DNA from: Candidatus Carthagonibacter metallireducens | GTDB taxonomy: Bacteria > Gemmatimonadota > Gemmatimonadetes > Palauibacterales > Palauibacteraceae | Reading direction: 5' to 3' | Assembly: GCA_023554445.1 (NCBI GenBank) | Contig: JAMJQQ010000124.1 | Coordinates: 14,419-78,418, forward strand | DNA length: 64,000 bases | Shown: positions 8,830 to 17,320 of the stretch, one piece after another | Layout of the letters: each line of letters opens with the position of its first letter | Numbering within the stretch: the stretch's first letter is position 1 | The notes under the pieces: generated by a model | What the model was told of the DNA's origin: nothing | Seen by the model: the letters and a program-made list of their open reading frames with translations, nothing else | The model's database searches: none | Translations under genes and position numbers: made by a program

Positions 8830-8855
8830 TACGGGTGTCGCCAGGCAACGTTCCA
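8830..8855 (-). promoter_or_regulatory. Putative ECF sigma promoter of CBS gene
   Basis: TGGAAC-N16-CGTA. Confidence 0.55.
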
Positions 8856-8900
8856 TGGATGAATCAACCGGGCGATGCGCGCCAGCCCGGCGCCCCCTGA

Positions 8901-9389
8901 TCAGGATCCGGAAGGCGACACCGACACACGGGGTCCGGTCAGGATGAGATCGTTGTCCTCCACGAATCCATCCAGATAGGTCCAGCCCCAGCCCACGAGG
9001 AAATCATCCACCAGCACCAGGGGCGTCAGCTCGTCCTTCGTGATCAGGCCGTCCGTGTTCTTGATGTTCGTGGCATAGTAGAAGATCTCGATCTTGTCGC
9101 TGCCCATCTCGTGCACTTCCTGGTCGTACGGATTCGGTACGATTCCGCTCTGGCCGAACACGCCCTTGTTGTATTCCTGGGGTTCGGTACCCATCTCTTC
9201 GAGTACCTGCTCGCGGGTCTGCCCCGGCTCGAGCCGGTACAGCTTCGCCCGGTTCTCCGATTGCACGGTCTCGAAGCCCGACGCACAGGCGCCGAGCACG
9301 AGTACCGCGACGGCGACGAACAGTGTGCGGATAAGTGAAGACTCTCGTCTCGCTGCCTGGCGCCGAGACCGATCGGTGCGAGCGTACAT
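8901..9389 (-). CDS. DUF3192-like lipoprotein
   Basis: GGAGG RBS; lipobox LGAC; ENRAKL..L.PG.T..QVL..MG, IFYYAT..DG.ITKDELTPLV...LVGWG. Confidence 0.7.
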   Translation of the reverse strand: MYARTDRSRRQAARRESSLIRTLFVAVAVLVLGACASGFETVQSENRAKLYRLEPGQTREQVLEEMGTEPQEYNKGVFGQSGIVPNPYDQEVHEMGSDKIEIFYYATNIKNTDGLITKDELTPLVLVDDFLVGWGWTYLDGFVEDNDLILTGPRVSVSPSGS

Positions 9390-9442
9390 TCCCGTTCCTC
9401 CGTGGTGCATTCCGGGCCGCGTTGCCTTGCCCCGGCCGTGGT

Positions 9443-9679
9443 TCAGGTGACGAAGATCAGTAGCGTTGCGGTGACCAGCGCGAGCAGGGCCAGACCGGCT
9501 ATCGCCGGGAGGGAGCTCCGGGGCCGAGGTACGTCGAATTCCCCACGACGCGCTGCCGCCAGGCACGCATCGTGGACCTCGAGGCCCGCCACCCCCGGGT
9601 AGATGACGGGGCTCACCGGCACGAACGCTGTCGTGCCGGCGCCGGGAAGGCCCCGGTGGCAGAGAGGACAGACGTTCAC
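9443..9679 (-). CDS. Small tail-anchored membrane protein with CxxC...HxxC possible zinc site
   Basis: GTGA overlap with upstream stop; MNVCPLCH...HDAC...C-terminal hydrophobic helix. Confidence 0.55.
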   Translation of the reverse strand: MNVCPLCHRGLPGAGTTAFVPVSPVIYPGVAGLEVHDACLAAARRGEFDVPRPRSSLPAIAGLALLALVTATLLIFVT

Positions 9680-10095
9680 TCCACCCGCAGCGGAGCATAC
9701 CGGTAGCCCGCCCAACAGCCGGCGATTGCGGCGACTGCCTGCTCGAGCAGCGCCAGCGCCGTAGCTCGTCCTCCGAGCAACTCCCAGGCGCTGGCCCCCG
9801 TAGTGAGTCCGCCGAACACCAGGTTCAACAGGAACCAGGCGACGAAGGTGAACAGGGCGATCGCAGTGCCGTGCAGAATGGGAGCCGCCGCTGTCTTGTA
9901 GCCGGTGGTGAACCCTCCTACGAACCAGCCGACACCGACCGCCACGGTGAGCCAGATCCCGCTTCCTTCCCCGGCCGGGCTCAGGACTCCGCTCGCCACG
10001 AGGAAAAGAGCGATGCCCGTGGCGATCGCCAGACCGGCGAACCAGCCGAAGGCGACCCAGGACAGCTGGACGTTGCGCAAGTGCTCCGAATGCAT
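9676..10095 (-). CDS. Four-TM membrane protein, unknown function
   Basis: ATG 1 nt after rnhB stop; four hydrophobic segments. Confidence 0.75.
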   Translation of the reverse strand: MHSEHLRNVQLSWVAFGWFAGLAIATGIALFLVASGVLSPAGEGSGIWLTVAVGVGWFVGGFTTGYKTAAAPILHGTAIALFTFVAWFLLNLVFGGLTTGASAWELLGGRATALALLEQAVAAIAGCWAGYRYAPLRVE

Positions 10096-10096
10096 A

Positions 10097-10732
10097 TCAG
10101 GCCTCGAGCCGAAGCTCGTGCTGGAGTATCGGGGCCCAGGTGGCCCGGTGGTGCGCGGTTGGACCATGCTCTCGGATCGCAGCGAGGTGCGGCGGAGTCG
10201 GATACCCCTTGTTGCTGGCCCACCCGTATTCGGGATAGCGGCGATCCAGTCGCTCCATCAGCTGATCGCGCACGACCTTCGCGAGTATGGAGGCGCAGGC
10301 GATCGAAATGCAACGCATGTCGCCGCCCACGATCGCCTCGTGCTCCCCGAGCTCGGGCACCGGCAGGCCATCCACGAGCAGTCGGTCCGGTTCCACCGAA
10401 AGGCGCTCCACGGCCCGGCGCATCGCGAGGGCGGTGGCCCGGCGGATGTTCAGCCTCTCGATCTCCCGGGGAGACGCCGCCCCTACCGAACAGGACAGCG
10501 AGGTCTCGCGAATCACCTCCGCCAATCGATTTCGAACATCGGGCGACAACGTCTTGCTGTCGTTGACCCCGTGCAGCCGGGCAGGGGCCCGTCGAAACGG
10601 GTGGAGCACCACGGCCGCGGCCACCACCGGGCCCGCGACGGGACCGCATCCAGCTTCATCCACCCCCGCGATGTGACGAAGCCCGCGCTCCCAGCCGTCC
10701 CTCTCGAGGTCGGTGGGAGCCGTGCGGGCCAT
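10097..10732 (-). CDS. rnhB: Ribonuclease HII
   Basis: GVDEAGxGP.AGPV, DSK, DG, ASILAKV.RD, NKGY motifs; downstream of rplS. Confidence 0.95.
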   Translation of the reverse strand: MARTAPTDLERDGWERGLRHIAGVDEAGCGPVAGPVVAAAVVLHPFRRAPARLHGVNDSKTLSPDVRNRLAEVIRETSLSCSVGAASPREIERLNIRRATALAMRRAVERLSVEPDRLLVDGLPVPELGEHEAIVGGDMRCISIACASILAKVVRDQLMERLDRRYPEYGWASNKGYPTPPHLAAIREHGPTAHHRATWAPILQHELRLEA

Positions 10733-10781
10733 TCGTCGATCAGCCTTTCCCGACGGAACTCGAACGTCCGTCGAACAGTGG

Positions 10782-11297
10782 CTACGCGTCGGCGGACTTC
10801 GGCGTGTCGTCAGAGGCCGCTTCCTCGGTGGCTTCCACCGCCACTTCCTCCACCTCGGCAGCCGCGGAGGTTTCCTCTTCCGCGATCTCGGCTGCCGCCT
10901 CGACGACTTCGGCCGCGGTCGGAGCCTCGGGCGCGACGTTGCCACCCTCCCACCAGCGACGCTCCCGCACCCGCGCGCGCTTGCCGCGACGCTCCCGCAG
11001 GTAGTAGAGCTTCGCCCGGCGCACGTGTCCGCGACGGATGACCTCGATGCCGGCGATCGATGGCGAGTGATCGGGAAAGATCCGCTCGACGCCGACGCCG
11101 CCGGAGATCTTCCGGACGGTGAATGTCGCGTTGAGGCCGGCGCCACGGCGGGCGATGCAGATCCCCTCGAACGCCTGGATGCGCTCCTTTTGTCCCTCCA
11201 CGACCCGGACCATCACCCGGACGGTGTCGCCCGGCGCGAAGGTAGGCAGGTCGGAACGAACCTGCTGCTTCTCGATTTCCGCGATTCTCGGATCCAC
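10782..11297 (-). CDS. rplS: 50S ribosomal protein L19 with acidic C-terminal tail
   Basis: [36 protein letters not shown]. Confidence 0.97.
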   Translation of the reverse strand: MDPRIAEIEKQQVRSDLPTFAPGDTVRVMVRVVEGQKERIQAFEGICIARRGAGLNATFTVRKISGGVGVERIFPDHSPSIAGIEVIRRGHVRRAKLYYLRERRGKRARVRERRWWEGGNVAPEAPTAAEVVEAAAEIAEEETSAAAEVEEVAVEATEEAASDDTPKSADA

Positions 11298-11364
11298 TGT
11301 ACCGCTCCTTCCGGGGCTGCCGATTCGGGTCAGCCCATCAATCTAGTCGTCGTTCCGGCCTCTG

Positions 11365-12081
11365 TCAGTCATCTGTCGCGTCCATGGGGTCACCACCCTG
11401 CGATTCCCCATCGTCCGTTTCCAGCAATTCCGGTCTGCGGAGCCGCGTTGTTTTCTCGGCTTCCGCGTGACGCCACTCGGCCACACGCCGGTGATCGCCC
11501 GATCGGAGCACCTCCGGGACCTTCATCCCCCTGTACTCCGCCGGCCTCGTGTAGGCCGGCGGGGCCAGCAGCCCGTCGTAAAACGAGTCTCCAGCGGCCG
11601 ATTCGTGGTCGCTCATCGCGCCCGGCAGCAGCCGGACCACGGCATCGACCACCACCAGCGCGGCCGGCTCGCCGCCCGACAACACGTAGTCGCCGATCGA
11701 CAGTTCCTCCGTCGCGAGACCCACCGCCACCCGCTCGTCCACGCCCTTGTAGTGACCGCACAGCAGCGTCAGTTCGGGCTCGAGCGAGTACCGCACGGCG
11801 GTCTCGTGGTCGAACCGACGGCCGCGCGGGCTGAGCAGGACGATCGGTCCTGCCGGCGCCAGTGCGTCCATGGCTTCGAAGAAGGGCTCCGGCTTCATCA
11901 CCATGCCGGCCCCGCCTCCGTACGGCTCGTCGTCCACCGTCCGGTGCCGGTCGCGCGTGAAGTCACGCAGGTCCACGACACGGTACTGGACGACCCCTGC
12001 CGTCTCCGCGCGGCCCGGAATGCTCGTTCCGAGCGGCGCCTCGAAGAAATCCGGAAAGATCGTCACGACGTTGATCCGCAC
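11365..12081 (-). CDS. trmD: tRNA (guanine37-N1)-methyltransferase
   Basis: VDDEPYGGGAGMVM, SIGDYVLSGGE, YTRP. Confidence 0.97.
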   Translation of the reverse strand: MRINVVTIFPDFFEAPLGTSIPGRAETAGVVQYRVVDLRDFTRDRHRTVDDEPYGGGAGMVMKPEPFFEAMDALAPAGPIVLLSPRGRRFDHETAVRYSLEPELTLLCGHYKGVDERVAVGLATEELSIGDYVLSGGEPAALVVVDAVVRLLPGAMSDHESAAGDSFYDGLLAPPAYTRPAEYRGMKVPEVLRSGDHRRVAEWRHAEAEKTTRLRRPELLETDDGESQGGDPMDATDD

Positions 12082-12122
12082 GGTCTCTCCCGGTTTCCCC
12101 AGCCTGCCTCACCCGAGTCGAG

Positions 12123-12641
12123 TTACAGCTCGAGCAGGCCGGGAGGTGGATCGATGCTGATCCGTCCCGCTTCCCGGTCGACCACGCGAACCAGCTCGCG
12201 GTTCAGCGGAAGCAGTTTCTCCTGCCCGCCCACTTCGACTCCGAGAAGCACCTGTTCGCCGAGCTCGTAGACTTCGACCACCTCACCGACCCGCTCGTCA
12301 TCGCTCTGCACTACCTCGAATCCAACCAGCTCGTGGAGATAGAATTCGCCTCTCTCCAGGGGTCGGAGCGTATCCGCCGGGACCGTGATCTCGTGTCCCT
12401 TCAGGCTCTCGGCCCGCTCGCGATCTCCGATCTCAGCGAATCGCAGCAGGTAGCCGCCCTTGTGAGGTCGGGCCGTCCGCAACGTCAGGCTTCGTTTTCC
12501 ACCCGGGAGCGCAGATCCGGTCAGGCCGAACACCCGGCCGGGGACGTACACGAGTTCTGGATCGCCCGTCTCGGGGCTGACCAGAATCTCACCGTCCAAT
12601 CCGTGCGCCTTCCGGAGGCGCCCCACGACGATCGGGTCCAC
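12123..12641 (-). CDS. rimM: Ribosome maturation factor RimM
   Basis: VGRL.KAHGL.GE, EFY.HELVG, PPPGLLEL; rpsP-rimM-trmD-rplS order. Confidence 0.93.
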   Translation of the reverse strand: MDPIVVGRLRKAHGLDGEILVSPETGDPELVYVPGRVFGLTGSALPGGKRSLTLRTARPHKGGYLLRFAEIGDRERAESLKGHEITVPADTLRPLERGEFYLHELVGFEVVQSDDERVGEVVEVYELGEQVLLGVEVGGQEKLLPLNRELVRVVDREAGRISIDPPPGLLEL

Positions 12642-12680
12642 GTGCGGTTGCTCGCGCGGGCCGCCAGGTCCCGAACGGCT

Positions 12681-13538
12681 TCAGTCCTTCTTCTTCTCTT
12701 CCGCTTCGACGGCCTTCTCGGTCTCTTCTGTGGCTTCGTCGGCGGCCTCTTCAGTCTCTTCCGTCTCTTCTTCGGCCGCTTCCGCTTCGGCAGCCGGCTC
12801 TGCAGCCTCATCCTCCGCTTCGGCAGCCGGCTCGTCGGCGGCTTCCGCCGCCGGCTCCTCTACCTCTTCGGGTGCGGCCTCGGCAGCAGGCTCTTCGCTC
12901 TCCGCCTCGGTGGCTGCTTCTTCCGCCTCTGCGGCTTCGTCGACGGTCTCCTCGGCCTCTGCCTCCACGGCTGCCTCGTCGGCTTCGTCCGCTGCCGGCT
13001 CTTCTTCAGCAGCCTCCGCCCCGACCTCGGACGCGGCCTCTGCTTCGGCGGCCTCTGCCTCGGCGGCGGCCTTCGCAGCCTCCTCTTCGGCCTTCTTCGC
13101 TGCGGCCGCGTCGGCGGCGGCCTTCTTCGCGGCCGCCTCGGCCACGGCCTTCTCTTCCATGCGGCGCTTGGCGGCTTGCTTCTGCGCCTCGGCAGCGATT
13201 TCGGCTCGGCGAGAAGTGCTTCGCTGTCCCTCCGGCGGACCGAGTTCGATCACGGTTTCCTCGAGGGACTCCGCCGTGGCTCCGGACTTGAACTTCTCCC
13301 AGACACCTGTCTTGCGGAAAATCGAGACTACCGTGTCGCTCGGAGCCGCGCCTTCGTGCAGCCAGTTCAGGGCTGCGGCGGCGTCGAGCCGGATCAGCGA
13401 GGGCCGGGTCCGCGGGTTGTAGGTGCCGATCGTCTCGATCGCCGGGCCGTCACGCGACTCGGCTGAGTCGGAGACGACGATGCGGAACGAGGCCTGTGCC
13501 TTCCGGCCGGTGCGTTGAAGTCGAATCGTCGTGGGCAT
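12681..13538 (-). CDS. rpsP: 30S ribosomal protein S16 with ~200-aa Ala/Glu-rich extension
   Basis: IRLQR.GRK...FRIVV.DS...RDG..IE.IG.YNP; WL..GA.PSDTV. Confidence 0.95.
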   Translation of the reverse strand: MPTTIRLQRTGRKAQASFRIVVSDSAESRDGPAIETIGTYNPRTRPSLIRLDAAAALNWLHEGAAPSDTVVSIFRKTGVWEKFKSGATAESLEETVIELGPPEGQRSTSRRAEIAAEAQKQAAKRRMEEKAVAEAAAKKAAADAAAAKKAEEEAAKAAAEAEAAEAEAASEVGAEAAEEEPAADEADEAAVEAEAEETVDEAAEAEEAATEAESEEPAAEAAPEEVEEPAAEAADEPAAEAEDEAAEPAAEAEAAEEETEETEEAADEATEETEKAVEAEEKKKD

Positions 13539-13593
13539 GCCTGTACGTCGTCCTTTTCCGGGCTTTCGCCGGCTCCGAATGTTCTCGAAAGAG

Positions 13594-14940
13594 TCAGCGA
13601 AGCAGACCGTCGAGCCCACCGCCACCCGCCGCCAGGCGGGGCGCGAGCTTCCGCATCTGCTTCATCGTCTTCCGCATCTCCTTGAACTGCTTGAGCAGTC
13701 GGTTCACCTCGTGAACCGGCCTGCCGGATCCCCGGGCGACGCGCGCCCGTCGCGACCCGTTCAGCATCTCGGGACGCTTCCGTTCCTCCGGGGTCATGGA
13801 GAGTACGATCGCCTCCATGTGCCTGATGCGCTTCGGGTCCACTTCGACCCCGTCCAGCATCTTGGGCTTGACGCCCGGTATCATCTTCAGCAGGCCCTCC
13901 AGCGGACCCATCTTCTGGATCTGCTGCATCGCCTGCAGGAAGTCCTCGAGGTCGAACTCCTGTCCTCCGAGGACCTTCTTCTCGAGCCGCTGGCTCGTTT
14001 CGGTGTCGATCGTCTGCTGCGCCTTCTCGACGAGCCCGACGATGTCCCCCATCTGCAGGATCCGTCCCGCCATCCGTTTCGGATCGAACGGAGTCAGATC
14101 CTCGACCTTCTCACCGACACCGACGAACTTCACGGGGACGCCGATCACGCCATGAATCGACAGCGCGGCGCCGCCCCTCGCGTCGCCATCCATCTTGGTG
14201 AGGATCACACCCGTGATCCCGACCGCCTCGTTGAATCCCTCGGCGATCCTGACGGCTTCCTGACCGGTCATTCCGTCGGCGACGAACAGAACCTCATCCG
14301 GAGTCAGGGCCGCCCGCAGGCGCGCGATCTCGTCCATCAACTCCGCATCGGCCTGAAGTCGGCCCGCGGTGTCGAGGATCACGTGACTGCGTCCCTCGCG
14401 TCTCGCCGCGTCCACCGCTCGAGTGGCGACGGCTACGACGTCCTTCTCGCCGGGCTCGAACGCGACCGGAACATCGATCGAAGCTCCGAGCGTGGCGAGC
14501 TGCTCTCCGGCCGCCGGCCGGTACGGGTCGCAGGCCACCAGGAGCGGCCTCTTCCCGTCGCGCGCCAGTCGCAGAGCCAGCTTTCCGGCGCTGGTCGTCT
14601 TTCCCGAGCCCTGGAGCCCGACCAGCATCACGACCGTGGGCGGAACCGCGGCCTCTCGAAACGCGGAGGCCTCTTCCCCGCCGAGCACCTCGATCAGCTC
14701 GTCATGTACGATTTTGACGACCTGCTCGCCCGGCTTCACCGACTTCAGGACGTCCTCTCCAACGGCGCGCTCTTCCACGCGCTTGAGAAAGTCCTTGGCG
14801 ACGTGGAAGTTGACGTCGGCCTCGAGCAGTGCTCGGCGCACTTCGCGCAGGCCCTCGCGCAGCATCGGGGCGGTCAGGACCCCCCGACTGCGGAACCCGC
14901 GAAACACGCCATCCAGGCGCTCGCCCAGCTGCTCGAACAT
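13594..14940 (-). CDS. ffh: Signal recognition particle protein
   Basis: GLQGSGKTT, DTAGR, TKMDGDARGG, RILQMGDI, M domain. Confidence 0.98.
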   Translation of the reverse strand: MFEQLGERLDGVFRGFRSRGVLTAPMLREGLREVRRALLEADVNFHVAKDFLKRVEERAVGEDVLKSVKPGEQVVKIVHDELIEVLGGEEASAFREAAVPPTVVMLVGLQGSGKTTSAGKLALRLARDGKRPLLVACDPYRPAAGEQLATLGASIDVPVAFEPGEKDVVAVATRAVDAARREGRSHVILDTAGRLQADAELMDEIARLRAALTPDEVLFVADGMTGQEAVRIAEGFNEAVGITGVILTKMDGDARGGAALSIHGVIGVPVKFVGVGEKVEDLTPFDPKRMAGRILQMGDIVGLVEKAQQTIDTETSQRLEKKVLGGQEFDLEDFLQAMQQIQKMGPLEGLLKMIPGVKPKMLDGVEVDPKRIRHMEAIVLSMTPEERKRPEMLNGSRRARVARGSGRPVHEVNRLLKQFKEMRKTMKQMRKLAPRLAAGGGGLDGLLR

Positions 14941-14957
14941 CCGCCTCGCCCTCTTCC

Positions 14958-15074
14958 CGTCTTTTCGACCGTCGGACGCAAACGTCCCCGAAAATCAAAA
15001 GACGCGCCGTCGCGTTGCCGCGCTCGCGTCCGTCGGACGCCGGGCCGCGCGCCGCGACCCGGGAATCCGAGAGC
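14958..15074 (-). promoter_or_regulatory. Structured ffh 5' leader with terminator/anti-terminator-like alternatives
   Basis: GACGCG-AG-CGCG-GCAA-CGCG-ACGG-CGCGTC-TTTTGATTTT (15030-14991), overlapped by competing hairpin GCGTCC-GAC-GGACGC (15040-15026). Confidence 0.55.
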
Positions 15075-15079
15075 CTAGA

Positions 15080-15108
15080 AGTATAAAGCGGGAATCGGGA
15101 TCAGGCAA
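15080..15108 (-). promoter_or_regulatory. sigma70 promoter for ffh
   Basis: TTGCCT (15108-15103), 17 nt, TATACT (15085-15080). Confidence 0.7.
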
Positions 15109-16408
15109 CGCGCGGAATCGGCACCCTCACGATCTGGTCACGGGCCGAGCCCACCGAAACGTAGCGGATCGGCACTTCTGCATTCGCCTCGATCCGTTCG
15201 AGGTATGTCCGGGCCGCACCGGGAAGGTCCTCCCAACTCCGTGCTCCGGTGGTATCCGAGCCCCAGCCGGCCGTGGTCTCGTAGACGGGCTCCACCCGTC
15301 CGAGGTCCGGCGCTCTGTCGGGGAATATTTCGAGCTGCCCGCCGTCGAGCGTGTAGCCGGTGCCGAGCTTCAGTTCCTCGAACGTATCGAGGACATCGAG
15401 CTTGGTCACCGCGAGAGCCGTCAGCCCGTTGACCGCGGCCGCGTGCCGCACTACGGCCCCGTCGTACCAGCCCGGGCGTCGGGGCCGGCCCGTGGTGGCT
15501 CCGAACTCTGCTCCGAGCCTGCGCAGGAGGTCGGCTTCGTCACCCTGTAACTCGGTTGGCAGCGGTCCGTTCCCGACCCGCGTGGTGTAGGCTTTGACCA
15601 CGCCGAGCACACCGTCGATCAGGGTCGGCCCGATTCCGACACCTGCGGCGGCCGCCCCCGCGGTCGTATTGGACGAAGTGACGTACGGATAGGTGCCGTG
15701 GTCGACGTCGAGCAGCGATCCCTGGGCTCCCTCGAGCAGTACCCGCCCATCGTCGTTCAACTCCTTCAGCAGGGTCGCACCGGAGTCTCCCGCGAGTGGC
15801 AGGATCCTCGGTACGATCGCCTCGAGGTCGGCCATGATCCGACGGGGATCGGCCCGGTCCGCGAGGTCCCAGCTCTGCAGGAGCCCGTTCGCCGCCTGAC
15901 ACGCAGCCCGGACGATCGACTCGCACCCCACCAGGTCCTCGAGATCGCAGACACGCAGGCCCGTTCTGGCCACCTTGTCACGGTAGGCCGGTCCGATGCC
16001 CCGCTTGGTGGTACCGATCTTCGCCTCGCCCCGGAGGCTCTCCCGGGCGCCGTCCAGCATCCGGTGGTATGGCATGACGAGGTGCGCCCGCCGGGAGACG
16101 ATCAGTCGCTCCGTGATCCCGATGCCCCTGCCTTCGAGGACGTCGATCTCGTCGAGCAGCGTCCAGGGGTCCACGACCACGCCGTTTCCGAGCACGCATT
16201 TCACATCGGGCACGAGAGCGCCGGACGGGATCAGGTGCAGGATGAACTCCTCGTCTTTCACGAGCACCGTGTGTCCCGCATTGGCACCGCCCTGGTAGCG
16301 GGCGACCAGCGTCGCCTGCTCGGCCAGCACATCGGTGATCTTGCCCTTGCCCTCGTCGCCCCATTGGGCTCCGACGATCACGATACAACGACTCGAATCC
16401 TTGAACAT
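15101..16408 (-). CDS. purA: Adenylosuccinate synthetase
   Basis: GAQWGDEGKGK, GGANAGHT, EGAQG.LLD.DHGTYPYVTSS, GATTGRPRR. Confidence 0.98.
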   Translation of the reverse strand: MFKDSSRCIVIVGAQWGDEGKGKITDVLAEQATLVARYQGGANAGHTVLVKDEEFILHLIPSGALVPDVKCVLGNGVVVDPWTLLDEIDVLEGRGIGITERLIVSRRAHLVMPYHRMLDGARESLRGEAKIGTTKRGIGPAYRDKVARTGLRVCDLEDLVGCESIVRAACQAANGLLQSWDLADRADPRRIMADLEAIVPRILPLAGDSGATLLKELNDDGRVLLEGAQGSLLDVDHGTYPYVTSSNTTAGAAAAGVGIGPTLIDGVLGVVKAYTTRVGNGPLPTELQGDEADLLRRLGAEFGATTGRPRRPGWYDGAVVRHAAAVNGLTALAVTKLDVLDTFEELKLGTGYTLDGGQLEIFPDRAPDLGRVEPVYETTAGWGSDTTGARSWEDLPGAARTYLERIEANAEVPIRYVSVGSARDQIVRVPIPRVA

Positions 16409-17320
16409 TCAGCCTCCGGTCGCCATGTCGCGCTCGATGAGTCCGGCGGCCACCAGGGCCTCGGCCACTTCAGCGCGGACGGCTTCGGATGGAGAAATCA
16501 GGGGGGAACGGGGTCGCCCGCCGACCCGGCCCAGAAGGTCCAGTGCATGCTTGATCCCGGGTACGCCGGCGGCGCCGACGACCCGCTTGTGAAGAGGTCC
16601 GATCCGTTCCTGTATCCGTCCCGCTTCGGATCCCCTGCCGTCACGCCAGGCCTGGTACAGCCCCGTAGTGGCTTCCGGCGCCAGAAGTCCGACTGCCACG
16701 ATGCCTCCGGCGGCTCCGATCTCGAGCCCCGAATAGAGGTGTGTGCCGGCCCCGACGAGCACCGTCGCCCTGTCGGCGCATGCCGTGCACAGCGCCCCGA
16801 GCCCGTGGATGTCCCCGGAGGAGTCCTTGATGCCGATGATGTTGTCGTGTCCTGCCAGCTCCGCCACCAGGTCGGGCTCCAGCCCCACGGGCACGAATTT
16901 CGGCACGTGGTACAGCACGATCGGAACGGGCGACGCGTCGGCCACTTCGAGAAAATGTACGCGAAGCGCCTCGGGCGTCATTCGGCCCCTGTAGTAGGAT
17001 GGCGGCCGGACGAGCAGAGCCCGGGCGCCTGCCGCGGCCGCCTCGCGTCCCAGTCGGATCGTCGCGCGGGTCGACTCGAGACCCGTGCCGGTCAGCACGG
17101 CGGCCGACTCGCCCACTTCGTCGCGAGCGCGCGCCGTGAGCGCCACGATTTCGGCCTCGGTCAGCAACGGCGCTTCACCCGTCGAGCCCGCGATCACGTA
17201 GCCCGCGACCGGGTACCGCCCCCAGGCGTCGAGATTGCGGGCGAACCCGTCGAGATCGAGCTCGCCGCGGCCCGCGTCGAAGGGAGTGGTGACCGGGAGG
17301 TAGACGCCCTCGAGCTTCAC
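16409..17320 (-). CDS. Dihydrodipicolinate synthase family aldolase (DapA/HOGA-like)
   Basis: TPF, GSTGE, catalytic Tyr (LYHVP) and Schiff-base Lys (GIKDSSGD). Confidence 0.88.
   Translation of the reverse strand: MKLEGVYLPVTTPFDAGRGELDLDGFARNLDAWGRYPVAGYVIAGSTGEAPLLTEAEIVALTARARDEVGESAAVLTGTGLESTRATIRLGREAAAAGARALLVRPPSYYRGRMTPEALRVHFLEVADASPVPIVLYHVPKFVPVGLEPDLVAELAGHDNIIGIKDSSGDIHGLGALCTACADRATVLVGAGTHLYSGLEIGAAGGIVAVGLLAPEATTGLYQAWRDGRGSEAGRIQERIGPLHKRVVGAAGVPGIKHALDLLGRVGGRPRSPLISPSEAVRAEVAEALVAAGLIERDMATGG

Noticed and set aside
11740-11765. TrmD GHYKG instead of GRYEG
   Set aside because: Known natural variant in several phyla.
12681-13200. CRISPR array or non-coding tandem repeat
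   Set aside because: Repeats are in-frame codon repeats of the S16 tail; no spacers or cas genes.
14941-15100. SRP RNA gene (ffs) next to ffh
   Set aside because: Lacks the conserved CAGG..GGAA..AGCAG core; treated as a leader instead.
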